The position numbers were made by a program, and so were the translations under genes. A stretch of DNA of 64,000 nucleotides, taken from the NCBI GenBank assembly GCA_017481285.1, contig JAFUPI010000003.1, forward strand, positions 6,189 to 70,188, given 5' to 3'. Under the pieces are notes generated by a model. The model was not told where the DNA came from, did not search any database, and was given only the letters and a program-made list of their open reading frames with translations. Positions 39,452 to 49,797 of the stretch are shown piece by piece; position 1 is the stretch's first letter; each line of letters starts with the position of its first letter. The DNA is from Agathobacter sp. Its GTDB lineage: Bacteria; Bacillota; Clostridia; Lachnospirales; Lachnospiraceae.

Positions 39452-40852
39452 ATGAAAAAGGGTCAGATTGCAGAAGGTCGTATTGACCATGTGGTGTTTC
39501 CAAATAAAGGAATTGCGATTACAGAAGAGGGAGAACGCGTAGTGGTGAAAAACACCATTCCAGGACAGAAGGTCTCTTTCTTAGTGAATAAAGTAAGAAA
39601 AGGTAAGGCAGAGGGCAGACTTTTAGAAACAATCGAGAAGTCACCGTTAGAAGTAGAGGCATCCTGCCCACACTTCGGTGAATGTGGTGGATGTACCTAC
39701 CTTAGCCTTCCTTATGAAGAACAATTGAACATCAAAGAAACTCAGGTTCACGACATGATGAAAGAAGCCATCGGCGATGCCTGTGAATATGAGTGGTTAG
39801 GCATAAAGGGAAGTCCATTGCAGGCGGCATACCGCAATAAAATGGAGTTCTCTTTTGGTGATGCGTTTAAAGGTGGTCCACTGGCTTTGGGACAGCATAA
39901 ACGTGGTAGTTTTTATGATATCTTGACTGTAACAGCTTGTCAGATTGTGGATGAAGATTTTCGTGCGATTTTGAAAGCAACGGTAGAGTTTTTTGGAGAA
40001 AGAGAGATTTCTTTTTTTCATAGATTGACACATGTGGGATATCTTCGTCATCTGTTGGTGAGAAAAGCAGTTAAGACACAGGAAATTCTGGTAGATTTGG
40101 TAACCACGACTCAGATGGAAAATGATGCAGAATTACTAAATCAGTGGAAGGACATGCTTTGTGCTTTGCCATTGAAGGGTGTATTGAAAGGCGTGCTTCG
40201 TACCAAGAATGATAGTGTGGCTGATGTGGTTCGAAATGATGGTACAGAAATCCTATTTGGACAAGATTATTTTTATGAAGAATTATTAGGTTTGAAATTC
40301 AAGATTTCTCCATTTTCGTTCTTCCAGACCAATTCCCTTGGGGCAGAAGTGCTTTACGAAACAGCAAGAGAATTTATTCTTTCGGATAATGCAGATTTGC
40401 TTCGTGAAAAAACTGTGTATGACCTTTACAGTGGTACAGGCACGATTGCACAGATGTTAGCACCGGTGGCAAAAGAGGTTGTAGGTGTAGAGATTATCGA
40501 AGAAGCGGTAGAAGCAGCGAAGGAAAATGCAGCTCTAAATGGTTTAGAAAACTGCAAATTCTTAGCAGGCGATGTACTTAAGGTGCTTGATACAATTGAA
40601 GAAAAACCAGACTATATCGTGCTTGATCCGCCACGTGATGGAATTCATCCAAAGGCAATTGAGAAAATAATCAATTATGGCGTAGAAAATATGATTTATA
40701 TTTCCTGCAAACCAACTTCTCTGGCAAGAGATTTGGAAATCTTCCTTGCGAGAGGCTATGATGTGAAAAAAATTTGTTGTGTGGACATGTTTCCGAATAC
40801 GGTGCATGTGGAGACAATTTGTCTTTTGTCCAAACGCAATGAAGTAAGATAA
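39452..40852 (+). CDS. rlmD: 23S rRNA (uracil-C5)-methyltransferase RlmD
   Basis: CPHFGECGGC, SFFQTN, DLYSGTG, DPPRDG, YISC, DMFPNTVHVET. Confidence 0.92.
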   Translation: MKKGQIAEGRIDHVVFPNKGIAITEEGERVVVKNTIPGQKVSFLVNKVRKGKAEGRLLETIEKSPLEVEASCPHFGECGGCTYLSLPYEEQLNIKETQVHDMMKEAIGDACEYEWLGIKGSPLQAAYRNKMEFSFGDAFKGGPLALGQHKRGSFYDILTVTACQIVDEDFRAILKATVEFFGEREISFFHRLTHVGYLRHLLVRKAVKTQEILVDLVTTTQMENDAELLNQWKDMLCALPLKGVLKGVLRTKNDSVADVVRNDGTEILFGQDYFYEELLGLKFKISPFSFFQTNSLGAEVLYETAREFILSDNADLLREKTVYDLYSGTGTIAQMLAPVAKEVVGVEIIEEAVEAAKENAALNGLENCKFLAGDVLKVLDTIEEKPDYIVLDPPRDGIHPKAIEKIINYGVENMIYISCKPTSLARDLEIFLARGYDVKKICCVDMFPNTVHVETICLLSKRNEVR

Positions 40853-40874
40853 AATAGAAGAGGAACAAAAGACG

Positions 40875-42020
40875 ATGAAAAGATTTTTAGTATTAGTTAT
40901 GGCACTTGTATTACTTTTTACAGGTACCGAATATGCCCTGGCAGATAATGAAACAGCTTCCGCAAATACAAGAGATGGTGGAGAATTGGTAATCATGCTT
41001 GACCCAGGTCATGATGCGACTCATGGTGGTGCTGTAGGTGGCGGAGTTATTGAACAGCAGGCAGTGCTCAAAATTGGTTTGTATTTAAGAGATGAATTAA
41101 ATAAATATGAAAATGTAAAAGTTTATATGACGCGAGAAGGAATGGATTGTGCATTCCCTAATACAATCGGAGTACCAGAAGGTTCCAAACGTTGTAATGA
41201 AGCCAGAGTTGCATATGCAGACAGTGTAGAGGCAGATGTGTTTATTGCATTGCATTTAAATTCCTATACAAACAGTACTCCAAATGGGGCAATTGTTTAT
41301 GTGCAGAATAATAACTTCTCACCTGAAGCAGGAAAAATTTCACAGGAACTTGGACAGTGTATTGTAAATCGCTTAGCTGAGTTAGGATTGAAAAATGGTG
41401 GAATTTTCCAAAAGGGTTCCGCTGCGGATACCAGACCAGAAGAGTATTATTATGAAGACGGCTCAATTGCAGATTATTATAGAGTACTTCGCTATTCCAA
41501 AAAAGTACATATGCCAGCGATGATTATTGAGCATGCATTCTTATCCAATCCTTCGGATGTAGCCTTGGTGCTTTCGTCAGAAGATGGCTTAAAAGCATTG
41601 GCACTTAAGGATGCACAGGGGATTGTAGATTATTACGGATTAACCTTAAAAGAAGGCTGTGTAGCAGGTGAGCTTCCAGATATTCAGCAGGTGCCAGAGA
41701 CTCAGACGAAGCCATCCCCAGAACCGGAACCACAGCCAGAACCAGAGTCAACACCGGAACCAGAAACTGAGATAGAGACACAGATTCCAGAGGAGACAGA
41801 AACAGAAATGATTCCGGAAGAAACGGAAAAAGTAGAAGAACCTACGGAAGAAGACACAACAGCTGACGATTTGGATGCTTCCAGTGAACCAAAGGAGTTT
41901 CCTTGGGGTGGAATCGTTATGTTAGTTGTAATGTTTATTGCTGGTGGAATCGGTGGTGCTGTAGGGGTAAGGTATTATCTTAAGAAACAGAGTGCAATGC
42001 ATAAAAAAGACGAAGAGTAA
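40875..42020 (+). CDS. N-acetylmuramoyl-L-alanine amidase (Amidase_3) with Pro/Glu linker and C-terminal anchor
   Basis: LDPGH, ALHLN, IIEHAFLSN; PEPE-rich linker; C-terminal TM plus basic tail. Confidence 0.85.
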   Translation: MKRFLVLVMALVLLFTGTEYALADNETASANTRDGGELVIMLDPGHDATHGGAVGGGVIEQQAVLKIGLYLRDELNKYENVKVYMTREGMDCAFPNTIGVPEGSKRCNEARVAYADSVEADVFIALHLNSYTNSTPNGAIVYVQNNNFSPEAGKISQELGQCIVNRLAELGLKNGGIFQKGSAADTRPEEYYYEDGSIADYYRVLRYSKKVHMPAMIIEHAFLSNPSDVALVLSSEDGLKALALKDAQGIVDYYGLTLKEGCVAGELPDIQQVPETQTKPSPEPEPQPEPESTPEPETEIETQIPEETETEMIPEETEKVEEPTEEDTTADDLDASSEPKEFPWGGIVMLVVMFIAGGIGGAVGVRYYLKKQSAMHKKDEE

Positions 42021-42150
42021 GCAAAAATAAGAAGTATTTTTGTAGGATTCGTCATTGAAAATTGAACAAGAAAAGAATATGATTAAACTCGTGCAAATTT
42101 TCTTAATTTGCACGAGTTTTTTACATGTTCGAGGAGTGAAAAGTGAAACA

Positions 42151-43800
42151 ATGGAAAAATTAAAACCAAAGTTGTTTTCGGTTATGAAGACATATAGCAA
42201 AGAACAGTTTGTGAAGGATGTAATAGCGGGTATTATCGTAGCCATTATCGCATTACCATTATCGATTGCCCTAGCGCTTGCATCAGGAGTAACCCCTGAG
42301 AAGGGTATTTATACTGCAATTGTTGCAGGTTTTTTGATTTCCTTCTTTGGTGGAAGCAGAGTGCAGATTGCAGGGCCTACGGCTGCCTTTGCTACCATTG
42401 TAGCAGGAATTGTAGCACGAAATGGTATGGAAGGTCTGGTAGTTGCTACTATTTTGGCTGGTATCATTTTGATTATCATGGGACTTCTAAAGATGGGAAG
42501 TCTGATTAAATTTATTCCATATACGATTACCACAGGGTTTACGGCTGGTATTGCAGTGACGATTGTGGTAGGACAGGTAAAATCCTATTTAGGATTGACC
42601 ACAGACCCAAGTGTAAATGCCATCGAAACAATGGAAAAGATCGAAGAGGTCGTTCGTCATATGGATACCTTAAACTGGTCTGCCGTAGTGGTTGGTCTGG
42701 TATCCTCCGTTATTTTATGGATTTGTCCAAAATTGCCAGGCGTTTTAAATAAAATACCAGGTTCCCTTGTTGCGGTAATTGTCGGTATTCTTATGGTTTC
42801 TGGATTAAATATGGATGTTAAGACAATCGGAGAATTGTATACGATTACTTCGGAATTGCCTAAAATTCAATTACCAGTATTCTCATTTGAAGTAGTAAGA
42901 AATGTACTTCCAGATGCCTTTACCATTGCCATTCTGGCTGGAATTGAATCCTTGCTTTCCTGTGTCGTAGCAGATAGTATGGTAAATAGTAAGCATCGTT
43001 CCAATATGGAACTTGTTGCCCAGGGAATTGGTAACGTAGGTTCGGCACTCTTTGGAGGGATTCCAGCGACAGGTGCGATTGCGAGAACTGCTGCGAATGT
43101 AAAGAATGGCGGAAGAACACCGATTGCCGGAATGGTACATGCCATTACCTTATTGCTTATTTTAGTGGTGTTAATGCCATATGCAGGTATGATTCCAATG
43201 CCGACGATTGCGGCTATCCTTTTTATGGTTGCATATAATATGTCAGAGTGGAGAGAATTTGTGCATTTGTGCAAAACAGCACCGAAGAGTGATATTATTG
43301 TACTTGTGACAACCTTCGTGTTGACAGTTGTATTTGACCTCGTGGTTGCTATTGGAGTGGGTATTGTTCTCGCGGCTATGTTGTTTATGAAACGTATGAG
43401 TGAGGAAACTGGCGTAGAGGGCTGGAGATATATTGATGATGAAAATGATCCAGACAGTATCGCTTTAAGAGTTGTTCCAAAGAATACTGTTGTGTATGAA
43501 ATCAGTGGTCCACTATTCTTTGGTGCAGCAGATAAAATTTTGAATATTAAGTTGAAGGACAAATATAATGCATTGATTCTTCGAATGAGAAGTGTAAATG
43601 CTTTGGATGCAACAGCAATGCATTTTTTGGAACAGTTTTATGAAAAATGTGAGAAAAAAGGTATCACACTCATTTTATCACATGTAAATGAACAGCCAAT
43701 GCATGTTATGAAAAAAGCGGGCTTTGATGCAATGGTGGGAGAAGAAAACTTTTGTGCACACATTGATGATGCTTTAAAACGTGCTGTAGAATTGCAATAA
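42151..43800 (+). CDS. SulP family anion transporter with STAS domain
   Basis: IIALPLSIA, QIAGPTAAF, GAIARTAAN, GPLFFGAA. Confidence 0.92.
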   Translation: MEKLKPKLFSVMKTYSKEQFVKDVIAGIIVAIIALPLSIALALASGVTPEKGIYTAIVAGFLISFFGGSRVQIAGPTAAFATIVAGIVARNGMEGLVVATILAGIILIIMGLLKMGSLIKFIPYTITTGFTAGIAVTIVVGQVKSYLGLTTDPSVNAIETMEKIEEVVRHMDTLNWSAVVVGLVSSVILWICPKLPGVLNKIPGSLVAVIVGILMVSGLNMDVKTIGELYTITSELPKIQLPVFSFEVVRNVLPDAFTIAILAGIESLLSCVVADSMVNSKHRSNMELVAQGIGNVGSALFGGIPATGAIARTAANVKNGGRTPIAGMVHAITLLLILVVLMPYAGMIPMPTIAAILFMVAYNMSEWREFVHLCKTAPKSDIIVLVTTFVLTVVFDLVVAIGVGIVLAAMLFMKRMSEETGVEGWRYIDDENDPDSIALRVVPKNTVVYEISGPLFFGAADKILNIKLKDKYNALILRMRSVNALDATAMHFLEQFYEKCEKKGITLILSHVNEQPMHVMKKAGFDAMVGEENFCAHIDDALKRAVELQ

Positions 43801-43809
43801 GGAGTAGAA

Positions 43810-44883
43810 ATGGAAAATCAGGAAAAAGTTCACAAAAGACGTGTCCGCTATTCTGGCACACATCCAAGAAATTATAAAGAAAAGTATAAGGAACATAATC
43901 CGGAAAAATATGCAGAGACCATTGCGAAGGTCATTCAAAAGGGAAGTACTCCAGCAGGTATGCATATTTCCATTATGGTGCAGGAGATTTTGGATTTTCT
44001 GCAGATTCAGCCTGGAATGATAGGCTTGGATGCGACCTTAGGGTATGGTGGTCATACCAAGGCAATGTTAGAACAACTTCAGGGCGAAGGGCATATTTAT
44101 GCATTAGATGTAGATCCTATCGAATCTGCCAAGACCAAGGAACGATTGGCAAGTCAAGGATTTGGAGAAGAAATCTTAACCGTAAGACTTCAGAATTTTG
44201 CTGATATTGACCAGGTGGTGAAGGATACAGGAAAGAAATTTGATTTTATTTTGGCGGATTTGGGTGTGTCTTCTATGCAGATAGACAACCCGGACCGAGG
44301 ATTTTCCTATAAAGTAGAGGGGCCATTGGATTTGCGTATGAATCCAGAGAAAGGCGATAGTGCAGCAGATAGACTTGCGCAGGTAAACTACGAGGAGCTT
44401 GTAGGCATGCTTTATGAAAATGCGGACGAGCCTTATGCAGAAGAAATCGCTCGTGTCGTAATGAATTGGCGTAAGAAGGGAAAGGCGATTGAAACTACGA
44501 CTCACTTTAAAGAGGTTATCGAGGAAGCATTGAGCACAATTCCAGAAAAAACATTTCCAGAGAAGAATCGAAAAGAAGCAGTGAAAAAATCCTGCCAGCG
44601 TTCCTTCCAGGCATTGCGTATTGATGTGAATAGTGAGTTTGAAGTGTTGTATTCCTTTTTGGATAAACTGCCAGAGGTGCTGGCTCCAAATGGCAGAGTG
44701 GCGATTTTGACCTTCCATTCCGGTGAAGACCGCCTGGTAAAGCGTTCTTTTAAAGAATTGGAAAAGATGGGAATCTATCGTGAGGTTTCCAAGGATGTCA
44801 TTCGTCCTTCTCAGGAAGAATGTATCAGAAACGGACGAGCAAAATGCACGAAGATGCGTTGGGCCATCCGTGCAGAGGATTAA
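43810..44883 (+). CDS. rsmH: 16S rRNA m4C methyltransferase RsmH family
   Basis: DATLGYGGH, DLGVSSMQ, FQALRIDVN, TFHSGEDR; not in the usual mraZ context, so possibly a paralog. Confidence 0.8.
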   Translation: MENQEKVHKRRVRYSGTHPRNYKEKYKEHNPEKYAETIAKVIQKGSTPAGMHISIMVQEILDFLQIQPGMIGLDATLGYGGHTKAMLEQLQGEGHIYALDVDPIESAKTKERLASQGFGEEILTVRLQNFADIDQVVKDTGKKFDFILADLGVSSMQIDNPDRGFSYKVEGPLDLRMNPEKGDSAADRLAQVNYEELVGMLYENADEPYAEEIARVVMNWRKKGKAIETTTHFKEVIEEALSTIPEKTFPEKNRKEAVKKSCQRSFQALRIDVNSEFEVLYSFLDKLPEVLAPNGRVAILTFHSGEDRLVKRSFKELEKMGIYREVSKDVIRPSQEECIRNGRAKCTKMRWAIRAED

Positions 44884-44897
44884 GTAGAGGGTCTCGT

Positions 44898-46859
44898 ATG
44901 TATAAAAAAGTATTTGGAACACCATTTGAAACCTATGCGATTACGCAGACGGTTCCAGAGACAGATGAAGTAAAATATTTTTCGGTAAAAGAGGAAGGAA
45001 ATCAGATTACTTTTACGCTTCCATTAGAAAACAATGATATTGTCTATGGTTTGGGTGAAACCATGGGAGGATTAAATAAACGAGGCGGCAGATATATTTC
45101 CTTCAATACAGATACAGCGGATCATCAGGATAGTAATCCGTCGCTCTATGCTTCCCACAACTTTCTCATTGTGGATGGAAGTATTCATTTTGGTGTGTTT
45201 TTCGACACACCAGCAAGAGTACTTTTCGAAATAGATTACTGTAATTCTGGAGAAATCAAAGTTGTCTGCGAAACAGACTGCGTCAATGTATACCAAATAG
45301 AACAGGAAAATGCGTACCTGATTACACGTGAATTTTTGTCTGCGATTGGGAGAGCTTATATTCCGCCGCTATGGGCATTTGGTTATGGTCAAAGCCGTTT
45401 CGGATATATGAATGAAGCAGACTTTGAGGCCGTTGTGCAGGGACATGAAGAAAATCAGCTGCCACTGGATTATATTTGCATGGATATTGACTATATGGAT
45501 CGTTTTATCGACTTTACCGTGGATAAAAAACGATTTCCTGATTTAAAGACATTTGTGGCAAAGCTAAAAGAAAAAGGGATTCAGTTAGTGCCAATTGTGG
45601 ATGCTGGTATCAAAATTGAGCCAGGAAATGCAGTTTATGAAGAAGGCGTTGCAAAGGGATATTTTTGCAAAAATAAAGAAGATGGATTGTTTCAGGCTGG
45701 TGTATGGCCAGGAATGACCCATTTTACAGATTTTCTAAATTCAGATGCGAGAGCATGGTTTGGGAATCAATATCGTTTTTATACAGAACAGGGGCTGGAA
45801 GGCTTTTGGAATGATATGAATGAGCCAGCCATTTTCTATAGTGAATATACCAAAGGTCCGAAAAAATTAAACATGATTTTGGATATGCTCTTGGGAAGAT
45901 TTCGAAAAGAAGAAATCGAGGCTCGCAGAATACGAGATTACCAGTCCTTTTTCCATCAGGTGAATGGGAAAAAGGTTTGTCACTATGATGTACATAATAT
46001 TTACGGATATTTTATGACGATGGCAGCGAGTGAGCAACTGGATAAAATCTTAGACCATAGATTTTTATTATTTGCTCGTTCCTCTTACATCGGAGCTGGT
46101 CGTTATGGTGGAATTTGGACAGGGGACAATACCTCGTGCTGGGAACATTTGAAACTAAATGTGTTGCATATGCCATCTTTAAATATGTGTGGATTTTTAT
46201 ATTCAGGAGCGGATACGGGCGGTTTTATGGGAAATACGAACCGCGAACTTTTGCTACGATGGCTGGCAGTTTCTGCCTTTACCCCTTTGATGCGAAACCA
46301 CTGTGGTAAAGGTGTTGCAAGACAGGAGTGTTATGTTTTTGAAAAGGTCGAGGAGTTCAAAGATATTTTGTCCTTCCGATATCGAATGATTCCTTATCTG
46401 TATTCTGAGTATATGAAGGCTGCTTTGACAGGCGATATGTTTATCAAACCATTGGCCTTTGGTTTTCCAGAGGATGACTGGGCGAGAAAAGTAGATGACC
46501 AGCTTCTGGTGGGTGGAAGTATTATGATGACACCGATTCTGGAAGAGGGAGCAATGAGCCGAAGTGTATATTTGCCAGAGCAGATGACAATGGTGAAATA
46601 CGATGGAAAAGAGTTTCATACGATGCCGATGTCGGCGGGCATGCATCAAATAGAGGCACGATTAAATGAAGTAGTGTTCTTTGTTTTGAAGGATAAATTG
46701 GTTCCAATTGGAAAAGCCGTAAATAATACCAGCGAAGTCGATTTGAAAGACCTACAGTTCTTAGGTGATGGTCAGGGATATGAAATGTATATAGATGATG
46801 GAATGACGAAAGAATATGACTTGAAAAACATTGTATACATTGACTTTTCGGCTATATAG
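44898..46859 (+). CDS. GH31 alpha-glucosidase
   Basis: MDIDYM, WNDMNEP, WTGDN, GADTGGF. Confidence 0.9.
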   Translation: MYKKVFGTPFETYAITQTVPETDEVKYFSVKEEGNQITFTLPLENNDIVYGLGETMGGLNKRGGRYISFNTDTADHQDSNPSLYASHNFLIVDGSIHFGVFFDTPARVLFEIDYCNSGEIKVVCETDCVNVYQIEQENAYLITREFLSAIGRAYIPPLWAFGYGQSRFGYMNEADFEAVVQGHEENQLPLDYICMDIDYMDRFIDFTVDKKRFPDLKTFVAKLKEKGIQLVPIVDAGIKIEPGNAVYEEGVAKGYFCKNKEDGLFQAGVWPGMTHFTDFLNSDARAWFGNQYRFYTEQGLEGFWNDMNEPAIFYSEYTKGPKKLNMILDMLLGRFRKEEIEARRIRDYQSFFHQVNGKKVCHYDVHNIYGYFMTMAASEQLDKILDHRFLLFARSSYIGAGRYGGIWTGDNTSCWEHLKLNVLHMPSLNMCGFLYSGADTGGFMGNTNRELLLRWLAVSAFTPLMRNHCGKGVARQECYVFEKVEEFKDILSFRYRMIPYLYSEYMKAALTGDMFIKPLAFGFPEDDWARKVDDQLLVGGSIMMTPILEEGAMSRSVYLPEQMTMVKYDGKEFHTMPMSAGMHQIEARLNEVVFFVLKDKLVPIGKAVNNTSEVDLKDLQFLGDGQGYEMYIDDGMTKEYDLKNIVYIDFSAI

Positions 46860-46941
46860 GAGTAAAATTTTGTCTATTGTTGGATGTATAATTATGCATG
46901 ATTATACATTGGCACGGAGAAAAATTTAAGGAGTAGTAAAA

Positions 46942-47916
46942 ATGAAAAAGAAATTAGCACTTATCATGGCAGCAGTACTTGCTATGATGTCACTCGTAGC
47001 TTGTGGCGGAACAGACACAGAAGTAGTAAATATCGGTATCGTACAGATTCAGCAGCATGCATCTTTAGATGAAGCTACACAAGGATTTATTGACGGATTA
47101 AAAGAAGCTGGTTATGTGGATGGAGAAAATATTAAAATTGATTTCCAGAACGCTTCTGGTGAAATCACAAATGCACAGCAGATTTGTCAGTTGTTTGAAA
47201 GCAATGGTGTAGATTTGGTTCTTGCTAACGCAACACCAGCTGCTCAGTCAGCGGTAAACGTATTCCAGGAAACAGATGTACCTGTTTTATTTACATCTGT
47301 AACAGATGCGGTAAGCAACGGTCTTGTAGATAGTAATGAAGCTCCAGGTAAAAATGTAACTGGTACATTGGATATGCCAGATATCAATCAGCAGATTCAG
47401 ATTATCAAAGATATCCTTCCTGAAGCAAAGACTTTGGCTATCCTTTATACATCAAGCGAACCAAACTCTAAGATTCAGGCGGATGAAGCAAAAGCAGCAG
47501 CAGAAAAAATTGGATTTACTGTTATGATTCAGACTGCGTCATCTTCGAATGATTATCAGCAGGTTATCGAATCTGTAGCAGACAAAGCAGATGCAGTTTA
47601 CATTCCATCTGACAATGGTTTTGCAAGTGCAATGGCAACTGTAAATCAGACAGCAGTAGAAAATAAACTTCCAGTTTTCTGTGCAGTAGAAGCGATGATT
47701 AAAGAAGGCGGTATCGCTACATATGCTATCGACTACTATGAACTTGGAAAACAGACAGCAGCTCAGGCTGTTCGTATCTTGAAAGGTGAAAAAGCATCTG
47801 AAATCGCTGTAGAAACACAGAAGGAATTCGCACTTGTAATCAACGAAACCTTTGCAAAGAGTGTTGGTGTAGAAATTCCACAGGAAATTTTAGATAAAGC
47901 AGCTATTAAGTACTAA
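46942..47916 (+). CDS. ABC transporter substrate-binding lipoprotein (aromatic amino acid type)
   Basis: Lipobox LVAC; QHASLD, ATPAAQ, DYYELGKQT. Confidence 0.85.
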   Translation: MKKKLALIMAAVLAMMSLVACGGTDTEVVNIGIVQIQQHASLDEATQGFIDGLKEAGYVDGENIKIDFQNASGEITNAQQICQLFESNGVDLVLANATPAAQSAVNVFQETDVPVLFTSVTDAVSNGLVDSNEAPGKNVTGTLDMPDINQQIQIIKDILPEAKTLAILYTSSEPNSKIQADEAKAAAEKIGFTVMIQTASSSNDYQQVIESVADKADAVYIPSDNGFASAMATVNQTAVENKLPVFCAVEAMIKEGGIATYAIDYYELGKQTAAQAVRILKGEKASEIAVETQKEFALVINETFAKSVGVEIPQEILDKAAIKY

Positions 47917-47938
47917 TTGTTAGAGGAATATAGGAATT

Positions 47939-48865
47939 ATGGAAATTGTTAGTTGGTTATGGAACATGCAGAGTGGTGCTACCTTGGGTATTATCTGGGG
48001 TATCATGGGACTCGGCTTGTATCTGACCTATCGTGTATTAAATTATGCTGACCTGACCGTTGACGGAAGTTTAACCCTTGGTGGAGCAATTTCTGCGGTT
48101 TATGTAGCAGCAGGTGTTCAGCCAATTGTAGCGATTTTGCTGGCTACCTTTGGTGGAATGATGGCAGGGCTTGTAACAGGATTTTTGCATACAAAGCTTA
48201 GAATCCCAGATTTGTTAGCTGGTATTTTGACGCAGTTTGCTCTGTATACGGTAAACCTGCGAATTATGGGAAAGGCAAACTTCGGTTTGTTAAATCAGGT
48301 TACGATTTTCTCCCAGTTAAAGGAGTTAGGAATTCCTTCGAAATGGGTAGGACTTATCGTTGGCTTGGTATTTGTAGTAGTACTTATTATTTTAGTATAC
48401 TGTTTCTTTGGTACAGAAATCGGTTGTGCACTTCGTGCAACTGGTAATAATCCAGACATGGTAAAAGCCATGGGTGGAAATACCAAAGTATATATCATGC
48501 TCGGACTTATCGTTGGAAATGGTCTTGTAGCTATGTCTGGTGCTATGCTTGCACAGTATCAGGGTTATGCAGATATCAACATGGGTGTTGGTACTATCGT
48601 AATCGGTCTTGCGTCGATTATGATTGGTGAAGTGCTTTTCAGCAAACGTACTTATTTCCACCGTTTAGCAGGTGTTATTATTGGTTCTGTAGTTTACCGA
48701 ATTATTATTGCAATCGTGCTTCGAATCAGTATGAATTCGAACTTTATCATCAAGATTACAGCGGATGATATGAAGCTGATTACAGCAGTTATCGTTATCA
48801 TTGCTCTTATTGCACCAAATATGAAGGATAGATTCCTTTCCAAATTCGCAAAGGAGGGCAAATAA
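47939..48865 (+). CDS. ABC transporter permease
   Basis: DLTVDGS, LRATGNN, QYQGYADINMG. Confidence 0.9.
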   Translation: MEIVSWLWNMQSGATLGIIWGIMGLGLYLTYRVLNYADLTVDGSLTLGGAISAVYVAAGVQPIVAILLATFGGMMAGLVTGFLHTKLRIPDLLAGILTQFALYTVNLRIMGKANFGLLNQVTIFSQLKELGIPSKWVGLIVGLVFVVVLIILVYCFFGTEIGCALRATGNNPDMVKAMGGNTKVYIMLGLIVGNGLVAMSGAMLAQYQGYADINMGVGTIVIGLASIMIGEVLFSKRTYFHRLAGVIIGSVVYRIIIAIVLRISMNSNFIIKITADDMKLITAVIVIIALIAPNMKDRFLSKFAKEGK

Positions 48866-49662
48866 TGTTAGAAATTAAGAACGTTTACAAATCATTTAAC
48901 ATTGGCACTCCAGTGCAAAAAGATGCACTTATGGATGTAAATCTGAAGCTGAATGAAGGCGACTTCGTAACTATCATTGGAGGTAACGGTGCTGGTAAAT
49001 CTACCATGTTGAATGCAATCGCAGGTGTGTTCGAAGTAGAAAAAGGTAAAATCACCATTGATGGTGTTGACGTTACCAAATTCCCAGAATATAAACGTGC
49101 AAAATACATTGGCCGTGTATTCCAGGACCCACTTCGCGGTACTGCAGGTGATATGTGGATTGAAGAAAATCTTGCAATGGCACTTCGCCGTGGCAAGACC
49201 AGAAGCTTCGTTTGGGGTATCAGCAACAAGGAAAGAGAGCAGTTTGTAGAATTGCTGAAACACCTTGACTTAGGATTGGAAGATAGATTGGATTCTAAGG
49301 TAGGTCTATTGTCAGGTGGACAGCGTCAGGCATTGACTCTTCTTATGGCAACCATTAAGAAGCCACAGCTTCTTCTTTTGGATGAGCATACCGCAGCACT
49401 TGATCCGAAAACTGCGAAGAAAGTACTAGAGATTACCCAGAGAGTAGTAGAAGAACACAACCTTACTACATTAATGGTTACTCACAATATGAAAGATGCA
49501 ATCAAATACGGTAATCGTTTGATTATGATGCACAATGGTACTATCATTTATGATGTATCTGGTGAAGAAAAGAAAAACTTACATGTATCCGACTTGCTTG
49601 CGAAATTTGAACAGGCAAGTGGTGGTGAGTTTGCAAATGACCGTATGATGCTTGCGAACTAA
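48865..49662 (+). CDS. ABC transporter ATP-binding protein
   Basis: GGNGAGKS, LSGGQRQ, LLLDEH. Confidence 0.92.
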   Translation: MLEIKNVYKSFNIGTPVQKDALMDVNLKLNEGDFVTIIGGNGAGKSTMLNAIAGVFEVEKGKITIDGVDVTKFPEYKRAKYIGRVFQDPLRGTAGDMWIEENLAMALRRGKTRSFVWGISNKEREQFVELLKHLDLGLEDRLDSKVGLLSGGQRQALTLLMATIKKPQLLLLDEHTAALDPKTAKKVLEITQRVVEEHNLTTLMVTHNMKDAIKYGNRLIMMHNGTIIYDVSGEEKKNLHVSDLLAKFEQASGGEFANDRMMLAN

Positions 49663-49797
49663 TGTATATTTCGGAAAAGAGAAATATAAGGAGACTACTT
49701 CGGTAGTCTCTTTTTTGTTACCATTTTTTACATAATGAATACTCTTTTGGTACATGATACTATTAGGAAGAAAATTTAGTACGAAGGAGCAGAATAC

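Noticed and set aside
40790-40875. Element inserted at the rlmD 3' end (a common hotspot)
   Set aside because: rlmD ends normally and is followed directly by the amidase; no integrase or duplicated 3' end seen.
41705-41850. CCAGAA/CCGGAA short repeats
   Set aside because: They encode an ordinary Pro/Glu/Thr linker of the amidase.
44176-44925. Long antisense ORFs (also 42867..43562 and 24931..25500)
   Set aside because: Shadow frames of well-supported genes with no independent coding signals.
46860-46941. T-box or riboswitch before the amino-acid ABC operon
   Set aside because: Leader too short and no T-box motif or terminator.
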